From Arcanobacterium buesumense (GTDB lineage: Bacteria > Actinomycetota > Actinomycetes > Actinomycetales > Actinomycetaceae): DNA of 64,000 nucleotides. The notes beneath the pieces were generated by a model. That model made no database searches and was not told the DNA's origin. It saw only the letters and a program-made list of their open reading frames with translations. The stretch's first letter is position 1. Every line of letters begins with the position of its first letter. A program made the position numbers and the translations under genes. The stretch spans positions 1,843,285 to 1,907,284 of the forward strand of contig NZ_CP050804.1 in NCBI RefSeq assembly GCF_012563545.1, in the 5' to 3' direction. Shown piece after piece: positions 40,058-50,245 of this stretch.

Positions 40058-42216
40058 GCCAATTCCTTCCATACGATTGCCGAAGGCGCCAAATCAAAGT
40101 TCTCACTCTGACCCCTTGGCAAGCTGACCACGGTTTGTTGTGGCTTCTCGGAATTATTCATTACAGCATAGATGTTCTTATCCGCAAAATAGGCGACTTC
40201 ACATTCGGGGTTTGATGAGCCCCAAACAGCATACTGGTCTTCCTTATGTGCCGCATAGAACAAGGCGCGCTCTAGCAACCGTGCATTCAGCGCCGAATAT
40301 GGCAGACCAGAAAGATAGACGCCTCGCCCGTCGTCGTACGTATTAACTGCGAGCTGAACCTGCCCGTCAAGCCCAGAAATCACGGTTGTTTCCTCCGAAA
40401 TTGGGAAGGTGTTTATTACCGCTTCACCAAAATCGAGGCTTTCGCGCGGAATATCTTGGATAACAAAATGATCTTCCGTCAGGTCAGGCCAGTATTTGTC
40501 GACGTTGAGGCTACGGTAGATTTCTTGATCGACGCCGAGGATATCCGCAAGTTGGAAATAACGTCCACCATGTTCGACGGCGCTCGGCTGGCCAACTCCC
40601 ACAAATCCCTTGCCGGAGCTTACCCACGAACGGATAAGCGAAACCAGTTGCGGATTCTTCCAGGCTTGCGCACCCGAGTATGCGGTTCCTTGCGGACCGG
40701 CGTTAATAATAACGTCAATCTCCGGGTCAATACCGTTGGCGAGGACGTCGTCGAAACTCAAGAAACGTACGTTGACTCGCATACCAGAAAGAGCTTCAAG
40801 AATACCGTAGAACGAACGGTTGTACTTGTTCGGCAATGCGTGGGCGACTGTAAACTCTTGCCAGGATCGGCGAGCACCCCACGCATCCAACAGCGCCACG
40901 GTCAATTGTGTTTGCGCACCCTTGCCACTACACTTGTCATAAATATCGCGGAATTCGTTCGCAATTGTTGCTACGTCGTCGACGAACTTCGGGAACTTCG
41001 CTGCCAAAGACAGGTAGCCACCGTACCCCATGCGCTCAAGTGGCGAACGTAAAATAGCACGCCGGGCTTTGCGCCAATTATCCCACGCTTCGATAGACGG
41101 ATCAGCACCCTCATAGAACGAATCCGGGAAGAAGTACGGCAAGAAACGACCCTCGTGATACTTAACGCCCTTAATGTCAGCGATCATGCGGGTGGTGGTG
41201 CCGTCACCTACCGAACCTACGATCGCATCCATACCCACATTCGGGAATGTTGAACTGTATGGTTCTGTGCCGATCCACTGGTCGCCGAGGAACATCATGG
41301 CTTCTTTGCCAGCGGCTTGAACTCGCTCAACCATTTGTTTCATTAATGAGTGGACGAAATTGGCGGTGAAATCAAGCCAGTCGCGTTGTTCTTTGCTGGG
41401 GTAGACGAAGGAGGAACCGTAGGAGCCGCCGTCGACGAAGTGTTCTGGACGCATCCGATAACCATACTCACGTTCGAACTCATCGAGCGCACGCGGCGAA
41501 ACCGTCACCGCAAAACCAGTCCAGTCCACGATCTTTTCTTTGCGTTCGTTGTTGAAAATCAGCATGAACTGGTAGAAGAACGTAGTGAAGCGAACGACGT
41601 CGACATGCGGGTTATCCACCAACCACTTATCCAAGGTGTTCAGCATAAAATCTTGGATTTCCGGGTGACGTGGATCGAACGCGATTTCGTGTTCCTTATC
41701 GCCCCAATCGTTGGTGATGTGGTTGTACATCTGCACCGGATCCCAAATGACGTACGCCAAGAATGTCACGGTGTATTCGTGCATCGGATGAGCGTTGTGA
41801 ATATGAACGACGTCGGTGTGCGGATCGAGCTCCCACTGGTCGATGGGCAGGACTTCACCGGAAGTACGGTCAATAACTTCCCAGAAACGTTGCGGCGCAG
41901 CGTCCCGGTTAATGGTGAGCTGCTCGGCAAAATAGGTGACCATCAACGGCACATCAACCGTGGTGTCCGTGGCGCGGGTACGTTCCGACATCAGGTAGAC
42001 CATGGGCACGCAGTCCATATGATCTTTCATAAAATAGTTGTGACCGCGGTTAGGGAAATATGCCGAATATATACGTTTGCCCATGTTGATGACGTCGTCA
42101 TCGAGGTGGGTGCCGTCTGAATTACGGATAGCATCCGCACCCCATTTTTCGGCTAACTCAGTGGACTGCTGAATAAAGTTTTCTTCGGTAGGTATAGTAA
42201 AGCGACCAACGCTCAT
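40054..42216 (-). CDS. lnpA: 1,3-beta-galactosyl-N-acetylhexosamine phosphorylase (lacto-N-biose / galacto-N-biose phosphorylase, GH112)
   Basis: Full-length match to the remembered GH112 sequence pattern (GRFTIPTEENF..., WGADAIRNSDGTHLD, GDKEHEI, RFTTFFYQF, GDQWIGTEPY, RSPLERMGYGGYLSLAAKFPKFVD, NPECEV). GAGGGAG RBS before the ATG at 42216. Confidence 0.9.
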   Translation of the reverse strand: MSVGRFTIPTEENFIQQSTELAEKWGADAIRNSDGTHLDDDVINMGKRIYSAYFPNRGHNYFMKDHMDCVPMVYLMSERTRATDTTVDVPLMVTYFAEQLTINRDAAPQRFWEVIDRTSGEVLPIDQWELDPHTDVVHIHNAHPMHEYTVTFLAYVIWDPVQMYNHITNDWGDKEHEIAFDPRHPEIQDFMLNTLDKWLVDNPHVDVVRFTTFFYQFMLIFNNERKEKIVDWTGFAVTVSPRALDEFEREYGYRMRPEHFVDGGSYGSSFVYPSKEQRDWLDFTANFVHSLMKQMVERVQAAGKEAMMFLGDQWIGTEPYSSTFPNVGMDAIVGSVGDGTTTRMIADIKGVKYHEGRFLPYFFPDSFYEGADPSIEAWDNWRKARRAILRSPLERMGYGGYLSLAAKFPKFVDDVATIANEFRDIYDKCSGKGAQTQLTVALLDAWGARRSWQEFTVAHALPNKYNRSFYGILEALSGMRVNVRFLSFDDVLANGIDPEIDVIINAGPQGTAYSGAQAWKNPQLVSLIRSWVSSGKGFVGVGQPSAVEHGGRYFQLADILGVDQEIYRSLNVDKYWPDLTEDHFVIQDIPRESLDFGEAVINTFPISEETTVISGLDGQVQLAVNTYDDGRGVYLSGLPYSALNARLLERALFYAAHKEDQYAVWGSSNPECEVAYFADKNIYAVMNNSEKPQQTVVSLPRGQSENFDLAPSAIVWKELA

Positions 42217-42350
42217 ATTTACTCCCTCATAACAGGTACTCACGGCAAGGTATAAGCATCCCTCAGCTGTGCCAGTGGAACGATCAGCGACTGGCTTGGA
42301 GAGTCCACGATGACACTCCACAACTGCAAAAATCGTAGCACAAAATAAAC

Positions 42351-43103
42351 CTATGCTTCGTCGTCGAAATCAGCCTCTTCGCTATCAACTTTCACATGTA
42401 ACGGATCGTCAAGGTTGTCCGGAGGAGGAAGAACACACTGCCGAATCCCATCCACATGTTCACTTAGACTTGGAGCGATTTTGGCCCACATCGGATCAAG
42501 AATAAAGTCTATTCCCGACCGTCGAGCATGCTTAGCAGCAGGCACAAAATCAGAATCTCCCGAAATCATAATAATTTGATTGGCAAACTGTCGTTCAGCA
42601 AGAGAGGCAATATCAAGTCCAATTCTCATATCAACATCCTTTTGCACAATATCAAGCTCGAAATCTCTCTCAGATAAGTCTTCGATAGCTATTCTGCCTG
42701 CAAGTAACTTTTTTAGGATTACAGGTCTTAGTCGATAACCACTCTGTGTTTCCAGCTCTTCCCCTAGACGAAGAGCTACTTTTCGTTTCTTCGTAAGTTC
42801 TTCGAAAAAGTTTGTACTCCATCGGTACTTGTCAGTTTTGCGAAGATCAACTTGTTTCTTTAAAAGCGGATGATAAAAAACTTTATCCGACGGCGGGCAG
42901 TCATAGTAAAAAATTCGGTAAAGACTGCTACGAGATTTGGATATGTGCCGGTGGCAATATTTCAAAAGTTCATCTGCACGATCTTTTTCCGTCTTATCGC
43001 CAAAAAGCGAATAAGCCCTTCTTCGATAAAAGCCACCATCGACCAATATTGCAGTCACGATTGGCCGGGTAGCATGAGTTAACGTTCGCCGTTGTAACCC
43101 CAT
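42351..43103 (-). CDS. NYN-domain (LabA-like) putative ribonuclease
   Basis: N-terminal TAILVDGGFY and a GDSDFVP-type motif (IMISGDSDFVPAAK) characteristic of NYN/PIN-like nucleases. Visibly AT-rich gene. Confidence 0.6.
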   Translation of the reverse strand: MGLQRRTLTHATRPIVTAILVDGGFYRRRAYSLFGDKTEKDRADELLKYCHRHISKSRSSLYRIFYYDCPPSDKVFYHPLLKKQVDLRKTDKYRWSTNFFEELTKKRKVALRLGEELETQSGYRLRPVILKKLLAGRIAIEDLSERDFELDIVQKDVDMRIGLDIASLAERQFANQIIMISGDSDFVPAAKHARRSGIDFILDPMWAKIAPSLSEHVDGIRQCVLPPPDNLDDPLHVKVDSEEADFDDEA

Positions 43104-43244
43104 TGTTACTATCCCATTTCATCAAAGATATGCTCCTGTCATCGGCACTATCCTTATAGGTGGATGGTCAACGGCAGGAGCTCCTTATGCAAATAAGCTA
43201 CTTTATTTCCGCCCCAAAAGCAAGTATTAAGTCCATCTGGTCAA

Positions 43245-44027
43245 CTATTGATTACTCATCCATCGATCCACTGCGTCATAGAACTTTTCCGGCTGATCGC
43301 GGCGCACACAATGGCTCGCCCCAGCGATACGTTCCACAGTAATTGCCGGATTAGTGATACTCGCAAGCCGTTCGACGTCGAACAAAATATTGTCCCTATC
43401 CCCGGCTACAAGCAACGTCGGTACGGATAGTTTGTCAAACAAACTCTCGTCCGTTGTCCCAACCACACCACTTTCAACCAGGCGCATATCCACTTGGGTT
43501 TTCCCCTGCACCCATCCAGCACACTCACACGCCGACCACGCCGGATGCGCGACGCGAATATCCGTCAACGCCTGCCCTGGATCAGCACACAACCCACGCA
43601 CCCCAGCAGCTAACTCCGGCGCAGCTTCCCGATAATGGTCTGCCTGGCAGGCGGTCAAAATCGCCGGATCTTCTAACACCACCCCAGCCACCAAATCCGG
43701 GTAATTCACTGCCACCCACGCGGCAATCGCGCCACCCATCGAATGGCCGATCATCACCACTCGTCCGCTTTCAGCTTGCGCCGCGTATCGTTTGACGACG
43801 GCACTGGCAGCTTCACATGAGGCAGTGAACGGATCGCGCAGATCGTCGTCGGAAAACCGCTCAGAAAAACCGTGCCCTAGAGAATCAACTAATACCACCT
43901 GCCATGTGTCCCCAAAATAAATGGTCAGATCAGCAAGGGATGCTCCGCTATCAGTAACGCCGTGAAAAGCAACAATAATGCCGGTTACGTTCTGTCCAGT
44001 TTCCGTCACAGATAAACGCACGATCAA
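43245..44027 (-). CDS. Alpha/beta-hydrolase fold protein
   Basis: Nucleophile elbow GHSMGG. Typical length. Confidence 0.7.
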   Translation of the reverse strand: MIVRLSVTETGQNVTGIIVAFHGVTDSGASLADLTIYFGDTWQVVLVDSLGHGFSERFSDDDLRDPFTASCEAASAVVKRYAAQAESGRVVMIGHSMGGAIAAWVAVNYPDLVAGVVLEDPAILTACQADHYREAAPELAAGVRGLCADPGQALTDIRVAHPAWSACECAGWVQGKTQVDMRLVESGVVGTTDESLFDKLSVPTLLVAGDRDNILFDVERLASITNPAITVERIAGASHCVRRDQPEKFYDAVDRWMSNQ

Positions 44028-44075
44028 TCCTTAAATACCAGCACGACTTACGCCGCACATATTACTCGCCCCCGA

Positions 44076-44501
44076 TTACCCGTGCCAGGCATACGTGAGC
44101 AGTTCGCGCAAAACCGCACGATCGACGTCGGCAAGCGAAGCAAATGAAATACACGCTCGGCCACAATGAACATTGCCTAGACGGGTCGAAAATTCTTCAT
44201 AATAGCTCGCATAGTGTCGCAAATATAGAAAGAGACGATCGGGACGTGCCGCGAAGCCGATTTCTAGACCGTCGCACAGGCAGTCGGGTTTTGCACCGGG
44301 ATTCGTTTCCCCATAGCCGACGATAGCCGGCCCCCACATGATGGGTTCGTGGCCGGTAACGTCGCAAAAAATATGGGCGAGTTCGGCGGCATCAGGGGCG
44401 ATTGTTTCGGGGAGTCGGGCAAGAAATTCGGGGACGGTAACCGGCTTGCCAAATGAGCAAGCTGGTCCGATTCGCATCCACTCCCCCTTGCCATACGTCA
44501 T
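44076..44501 (-). CDS. DUF1801 (YdhG-like) domain protein
   Basis: Small cytosolic protein with a pattern reminiscent of DUF1801. Start placed at MTYGKGEW. Weak assignment. Confidence 0.4.
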   Translation of the reverse strand: MTYGKGEWMRIGPACSFGKPVTVPEFLARLPETIAPDAAELAHIFCDVTGHEPIMWGPAIVGYGETNPGAKPDCLCDGLEIGFAARPDRLFLYLRHYASYYEEFSTRLGNVHCGRACISFASLADVDRAVLRELLTYAWHG

Positions 44502-44709
44502 TGAATGATCGCCAGATACCTTCCATCGTTTCATAGGTAGCCCTAATTTGCTCGTTCTCAACAATAGTCACGTTATAGCATTTTGCAACTAATCAGATGT
44601 ATGACCTTTAATAACTTTCCTAAAATCAGTACCAAAGTCCTATGATGTGGGTTACAGTTTTCCTATGACGACCTGCTAGCACTCCTTAAGACAAAAACTG
44701 GAGGACCCC

Positions 44710-46266
44710 ATGCGCACCCCAATCACCCACAAAAGCACCGCCATTTCCGCAGGCTCACAAGCCCAACCCGAAATTGGAAATACGCTCATCCGCCACTTCC
44801 TTCCCGTGGTCGGCGGACTCCTCCTAGGAGCACTCATCTACTTCATCTTCCCAGACGCCATCTCCGACCAGCTACGCGAAACATTCGCCGCCAAAGACAT
44901 GACTGTTACCCGGCACGATCTCGCCATCACCGCCGCGATCGCCGTCGTCATGGGCCTGTGGTGGATGACCGAAGCAATACCCCTGCCCGCAACCGCACTC
45001 CTCCCACTTATTGCGTTCCCGGCGTTCGACGTCGTCCCCATCAAAGCCGCGGCCGCGCCCTACGCTTCAGACACCATCTTCCTCTTCATGGGTGGATTCT
45101 TCCTCGCACTCACCATGCAACGTTGGAACCTGCAACGCCGCATCGCCCTTATCACGGTACTACTCGTTGGCACCCGCCCAAAGCGCCTCATCCTCGGCTT
45201 CATGATCGCCACCGGCTTCCTCTCCATGTGGGTATCAAACACCGCCACCGCCGTGATGATGCTGCCGATCGGCCTGTCAATCTTGAACACAGTTGGGAAC
45301 GTTTCCGACGACGGCGCCAACCCCACCTTGCGCTACCCGAAATTCGCGACCGCTCTCATGCTCGGAATCGCCTACTCAGCTTCAATTGCTTCTCTATCCA
45401 CCCTGATCGGAACCCCGCCGAACGTTCTCCTACGCGCCTACCTCCAAGAAACCCACGGAATTACCTTGAGTTTTGGACAGTGGATGCTCTTCGCTGCGCC
45501 AATGGCATGGACGTTCCTACTTGTCGCATGGGCAGTGCTGGTTCGCATCTACAAGCCAGAAATTGACGAGATTCCTGGCGGAAAAGCAATTATTCAGCGC
45601 GAACTTGCTGCGATGGGCAAGATGACAGTGCAAGAAATAATGGTAGGTGTGATTTTTGTTGGCGCCGGATTGGCGTGGATTTTCCTGCCGGTCATCTGGC
45701 CTGAAACTCCGATTAACGATTCCGGCATCGCCATGATCGTTTCCCTACTGCTCTTCGTGACGCCAGCTAAGCCGAAACAAGGCATCGCATTACTGGATTG
45801 GGATACTGCGAAAGATATTCCATGGGACATCCTAATTCTGTTCGGTGGCGGGTTATCGCTTTCCGCCGCGTTCGGCTCATCCGGCCTGTCACTGTGGATC
45901 GGCGATCACGCCCAAATCCTCGCCGGCCTGCCGTTGGTAGTTATCGTGGCGATCGTTACCGCGCTCGTCATCGGCCTGACCGAAATGACCTCCAACACTG
46001 CCACCGCGGCCGCCTTTTTACCGATCATCGGCGCGGTAGCAATCGGTATGGGCGCACCTGTTGAAGCACTCGTCATTCCAGTGGCATTGGCGGCGACATG
46101 CGCCTTCATGTTGCCGGTAGCCACCCCGCCAAACGCAATTGCCTACGGTTCTGGATTCATCAAGATCCGCCAGATGATGAAGGCCGGTATGCGGCTGAAC
46201 ATCATCGGCATCGCCTTAATCACCGTGTTCACAGTATGGGTTGGATCGCTGATTTTCGGCTACTAA
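44710..46266 (+). CDS. DASS/SLC13-family sodium-coupled anion (di/tricarboxylate or sulfate) symporter
   Basis: Duplicated hairpin-loop motifs GTPPNVLL and ATPPNAIAYGSG. About 14 TM helices. Confidence 0.8.
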   Translation: MRTPITHKSTAISAGSQAQPEIGNTLIRHFLPVVGGLLLGALIYFIFPDAISDQLRETFAAKDMTVTRHDLAITAAIAVVMGLWWMTEAIPLPATALLPLIAFPAFDVVPIKAAAAPYASDTIFLFMGGFFLALTMQRWNLQRRIALITVLLVGTRPKRLILGFMIATGFLSMWVSNTATAVMMLPIGLSILNTVGNVSDDGANPTLRYPKFATALMLGIAYSASIASLSTLIGTPPNVLLRAYLQETHGITLSFGQWMLFAAPMAWTFLLVAWAVLVRIYKPEIDEIPGGKAIIQRELAAMGKMTVQEIMVGVIFVGAGLAWIFLPVIWPETPINDSGIAMIVSLLLFVTPAKPKQGIALLDWDTAKDIPWDILILFGGGLSLSAAFGSSGLSLWIGDHAQILAGLPLVVIVAIVTALVIGLTEMTSNTATAAAFLPIIGAVAIGMGAPVEALVIPVALAATCAFMLPVATPPNAIAYGSGFIKIRQMMKAGMRLNIIGIALITVFTVWVGSLIFGY

Positions 46267-46394
46267 TAGCGGTTTGGGCAGCGGCCGCGGGTCGCTGCCC
46301 ACCGGACACCTAACTAAGTGTTTCCTACACCACGTTTTTTAGTTAGCATCTTGGCGAAAATCGTTGTAAGCTAGAGGGCGTTCCAACGAACACT

Positions 46395-46467
<73 letters not shown>

Positions 46468-46604
46468 CTCTTCGGCCCAGTGGTGAATTATCCTGCTGGG
46501 TCGATTTTTATGCCGGTTGTACCCAGCCGGTTGCTAGTTGATTGCCTGCTAGTTGCGGTTGCCGCCAGCCGGGTGTAGCCACTGGGCCTAGTTGGTTGCC
46601 CGGC

Positions 46605-46671
46605 AAAAAATCTCGGGATTCGGCACAGCAGTGCTCTATATGGCACTGCTGTGCCGCTGGGCGAGATTTTG
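46605..46671. repeat. Copy B of the dispersed palindromic repeat family
   Basis: caaaaaatctcgggattcggcacagcagtgctctatatggcactgctgtgccgctgggcgagattttg. Confidence 0.7.
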
Positions 46672-46736
46672 TACGAGTACCTATGATCAGGTCTAGGTAG
46701 ATGGATAGGTTTGCTACTTTAATGAGAAGAAACTAG

Positions 46737-48530
46737 CTATTCCGTATTATCTTCAACCACATAATACTTGGTATCTCGGACACCCCAGCCACCAACCTGA
46801 GTAATTAGCCCAGCCTCTCGCATAAGTTTTATCGCATACCTTACTTGACCTTCTGATAAGCCTGTCTGCTGTACTAATTCCTCGAAAGTCATTCCCTTAC
46901 TGACACTACGTAAAGCCCGCACAATAACTGGGCCATTCTTTGTAACCCGGCGACTATTAGCAACTATGTCTGGCATATCTGCATTTAGTCCACTGTGTAC
47001 CGAACTCACTGAGGCCACCTTATCCTGCGAATGAAGGTTAACAATCAACTGCTCCACTAGGCCATATACAGCAGTTTTCCCTCCGTCATCAGCTAGAACA
47101 ATCATGTTAAATTCAATTAGACGGCGCAGTACACGATCTACTTCGGCTAGAGAGATGGGTGCAAATTCTTTCAATATCTGCATACGCGATATTTTTTGAC
47201 CGTGTCGCATTTTCACAAGTAACAATTTCTCAGTGGCAGTCAAAGTTTCATTTCCAGCCACCTCAGCTAACCATTCCGCTTCTTCTGACGAAAATACTGA
47301 CTTAGCGTACAAAATTGCAGTAAATTGAACTCCCGTATCTTGTAGAGATGGCTTGGGAAGCAGTGCTTGCCTAGTTACACGGAATACTTCTTGGACTCCC
47401 GAGCCTTCTCCTTCAATGACATTATTGCCAGATTCAGAGTGAATTTTCTTAGCCAGATCATAAAGCCTAGGGTTCACCGCATTTTTTGCTAAAGTATAGC
47501 TTTGAAGTTGTTCCACTGAAACTCCACGTAAACCACCCGGGTTAGAAATAACCAACCTGTCCTCACGTAGCCGTATTTCAACCCACTTACCTTCTGTGTT
47601 TGGACTTAGATCTCGATGAACTAAAGCGTTGGCAATGAGCTCACGAACTGCAACTAGTGGATAAACACATTCATCACGCATATTTCCATCAGAAGAATAG
47701 CGACTTTGCCGTGGCGCATTTGCCTCAACCCACGCTAACGCATCTTCAAGCAAATCCGGCAAAGCACCATCAAAATCCCGCCTATTTCGCGAGCGCACAC
47801 CAGCTTCACGCGACGACAAAGTTACAGCAGCAGTTATCCGCAATTGTGGAGCTTTAGCTTGTGGGAAAACACCCAAAGCATAAAGTCCTGCCAATGTTAA
47901 TTGGCCTTCTTCTGTAACAATGTTAAGCATATGCAATAAAGTTTGATCATCCCCAACTTTAGCTAAGCGAGCACTAGACGCACGAATTTCAGAAAGAAAA
48001 TTCTTGATTCTGCCAGAGTCTAAATCCTTCACATTCGAATTCGTAACCGGAGCTACATCAAATCGATACTGATCGGTAAGCGATAGCTTTTGAATTTCAA
48101 TGAGAGCTAGATCTGATTCATTCATTCGGAAATCACCGTCTGACTGCCGTAAATATGCAATACCACTAGCCTTAACCGGCCGACACTTTAGCGCAACTGG
48201 AACAACCTCAACAATCAACACGTCTTTGTCATCCACAGTTAATATTTGGTGCTCTAATTGTGGCGCCGGTACAACACGATTTCGTGTCTGCTGAACAACT
48301 TGATCAAAGAGTTCCTGCGCATTTTCCACACCAGTAATAGCAAAATCTTGATTTTCCGCAACACCAAGAATAATGGTGCCACCTTCAGGCATATTTGCGA
48401 AGGCACACACTGTGTTAGAAAGATTATCTGGCAACTCGCTGGCTTGTTTTACTTCAATATCCGTCGTATCTCGACTATATTTCCTAAAGTCATTGAGACG
48501 ATTTTCTAACTCTTGCACTGTCCATCTCAT
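46737..48530 (-). CDS. Schlafen-like AlbA_2 (divergent AAA_4) + HATPase_c_4 + winged-helix protein (putative ATP-dependent DNA-binding regulator, often annotated RecG-like)
   Basis: N-terminal AlbA_2-like block (IEVKQASELPDNLSNTVCAFANMPEGGTIILGV). Central HATPase_c_4-like block (RELIANALVHRDL...LVISNPGGL). C-terminal HTH-like segments. Confidence 0.6.
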   Translation of the reverse strand: MRWTVQELENRLNDFRKYSRDTTDIEVKQASELPDNLSNTVCAFANMPEGGTIILGVAENQDFAITGVENAQELFDQVVQQTRNRVVPAPQLEHQILTVDDKDVLIVEVVPVALKCRPVKASGIAYLRQSDGDFRMNESDLALIEIQKLSLTDQYRFDVAPVTNSNVKDLDSGRIKNFLSEIRASSARLAKVGDDQTLLHMLNIVTEEGQLTLAGLYALGVFPQAKAPQLRITAAVTLSSREAGVRSRNRRDFDGALPDLLEDALAWVEANAPRQSRYSSDGNMRDECVYPLVAVRELIANALVHRDLSPNTEGKWVEIRLREDRLVISNPGGLRGVSVEQLQSYTLAKNAVNPRLYDLAKKIHSESGNNVIEGEGSGVQEVFRVTRQALLPKPSLQDTGVQFTAILYAKSVFSSEEAEWLAEVAGNETLTATEKLLLVKMRHGQKISRMQILKEFAPISLAEVDRVLRRLIEFNMIVLADDGGKTAVYGLVEQLIVNLHSQDKVASVSSVHSGLNADMPDIVANSRRVTKNGPVIVRALRSVSKGMTFEELVQQTGLSEGQVRYAIKLMREAGLITQVGGWGVRDTKYYVVEDNTE

Positions 48531-48794
48531 GCCTTAAGGATATATTTTTCAACTCTAGAGTGCAAGAGCAAAACACTTGCAATATCAGGAAAAAGTGGCG
48601 GTATTGTAGGGCCGTGATGTTTCAGAGTGTAATTACAAAGTAAAATTATCACTCTAGAGTGCGATAGTAGAAATCCACAGTGTAAACTATTGACGCTAAA
48701 GTATAAAAGTTTAAATCTCCTACGTGTCCACACTAGCAGTCTGCGCTCGCCACCAATCTGCGCAAACTAGCCCACACTCACCGGCTGCCCCGTC

Positions 48795-48860
48795 AAAAAT
48801 CTCGGGATTCGGCACAGCAGTGCCGTATAGAGCACTACCCTGCCGCTGGGCGAGATTTTG
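48795..48860. repeat. Copy C of the dispersed palindromic repeat family, 24 nt upstream of murT
   Basis: caaaaatctcgggattcggcacagcagtgccgtatagagcactaccctgccgctgggcgagattttg. Confidence 0.7.
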
Positions 48861-48883
48861 TGCGCGTACAGTAGAATTGCCTC

Positions 48884-50245
48884 ATGACTTTTCTTGGTTT
48901 ACGCAATACTGCTGGCATGATTGCCGGGCATCTTGCTACTACCGCGTCGCGCACGCTAGGCCGTGGCTCGGGCGGCATGATCGGCGGCCGGGTAGCTTCC
49001 CGGATCGCCCCGAATCTCCTGCGCGATTTAACCCAGCGCATGAAAGTAGTCGTCATTACAGGTACGAACGGTAAATCCACCACCACGCGAATGATCGCGG
49101 AGGCAGTCACCGCCGATGGCCTGAATGTGGCAACCAATCGTGGCGGGGACAATATGCTCCCCGGCGTTTTAGCTGCCGTCCTGCAGGATCCGAAAGCTGA
49201 TGTCGCCGTCCTCGAAGTGGATGAAATGTGGGTGGCGCGCGTAGCTCAAGAAGTTAACCCAGACGTTTTCGTTTTCCTTAATCTGAGCCGGGACCAGCTG
49301 GATCGCGTTGGCGAAATCGCCTCGATCGAACGCCGGTTACGCAGCGCCATCGACGCTCACCCGAACGCTACCGTGATCGCCAACATCGACGATCCACTCA
49401 TGACCTCCGCCGCCTGGGATTCTCATAATCCAGTATGGGTGGCTGCCGGCCAAGGCTGGTCAGGCGATTCGCTCACCTCGCCGCGCACCGGCGGCATCAT
49501 TGTTTATGGCGACGACGAACGAGCCCACACCTCCGATTCACAGGTTCCGCCAGCTTCGGGTCAAGATTCACAGGTTTGGTGGCGGGCCGTTGGTCTTGAT
49601 GCAGACCTCGGCACATCCGAGGCGTCAACCTTTGCGCGCCCCTACCCGGACTGGTCGTGGAGCGTGGCAGAGTCCAACTATCAGCCTGGTGTTCCCATGC
49701 AGGTGCATGGACCAGATGGAACCACGGACGTCGTCGTCAATCTTCCGGGCCGCGCAAATCGTTCCAATGCGAGCCAAGCACTCGCCGCAGCCCATGCGCT
49801 CGGCGTGAACCCGGAGGTCGCCGCTCGCTGTATTGCCGGCGTTTCGTCGGTGGCTGGGCGGTACGCGAACGTGAACATCGATGGGCGAAACGTGCGGTTA
49901 TTGCTGGCGAAAAACCCGGCCGGCTGGCAAGAATCATTAACTATGCTTCGCCCCGGCGCGGCCCTCGTGGTGGGAATCAACGGGCAAGTGGCCGACGGCG
50001 TCGACCTGTCCTGGCTTTGGGATGTCAAATTCTCTCAACTCGCCTCTCGGCAGGTCTGGGCGTGCGGCGAACGCGGCGCCGATCTCAACGTGCGCCTCCA
50101 CTATGCCGGCGTAGCAGCCGATTTCATCGCCGACCCGGTGGACGCCATCCAGGCCACCCCGCCTGGCGATGTTGATGTTCTGCTGAACTACACGTCATTC
50201 CGCGACACCCGCGCAGCATTAAGGAAACGAGGCTATGAGGTATGA
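48884..50245 (+). CDS. murT: Lipid II isoglutaminyl synthase, Mur-ligase-like subunit MurT
   Basis: Mur ligase P-loop GTNGKSTTT. C-terminal DUF1727-like region. Immediately followed by gatD. Confidence 0.8.
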   Translation: MTFLGLRNTAGMIAGHLATTASRTLGRGSGGMIGGRVASRIAPNLLRDLTQRMKVVVITGTNGKSTTTRMIAEAVTADGLNVATNRGGDNMLPGVLAAVLQDPKADVAVLEVDEMWVARVAQEVNPDVFVFLNLSRDQLDRVGEIASIERRLRSAIDAHPNATVIANIDDPLMTSAAWDSHNPVWVAAGQGWSGDSLTSPRTGGIIVYGDDERAHTSDSQVPPASGQDSQVWWRAVGLDADLGTSEASTFARPYPDWSWSVAESNYQPGVPMQVHGPDGTTDVVVNLPGRANRSNASQALAAAHALGVNPEVAARCIAGVSSVAGRYANVNIDGRNVRLLLAKNPAGWQESLTMLRPGAALVVGINGQVADGVDLSWLWDVKFSQLASRQVWACGERGADLNVRLHYAGVAADFIADPVDAIQATPPGDVDVLLNYTSFRDTRAALRKRGYEV

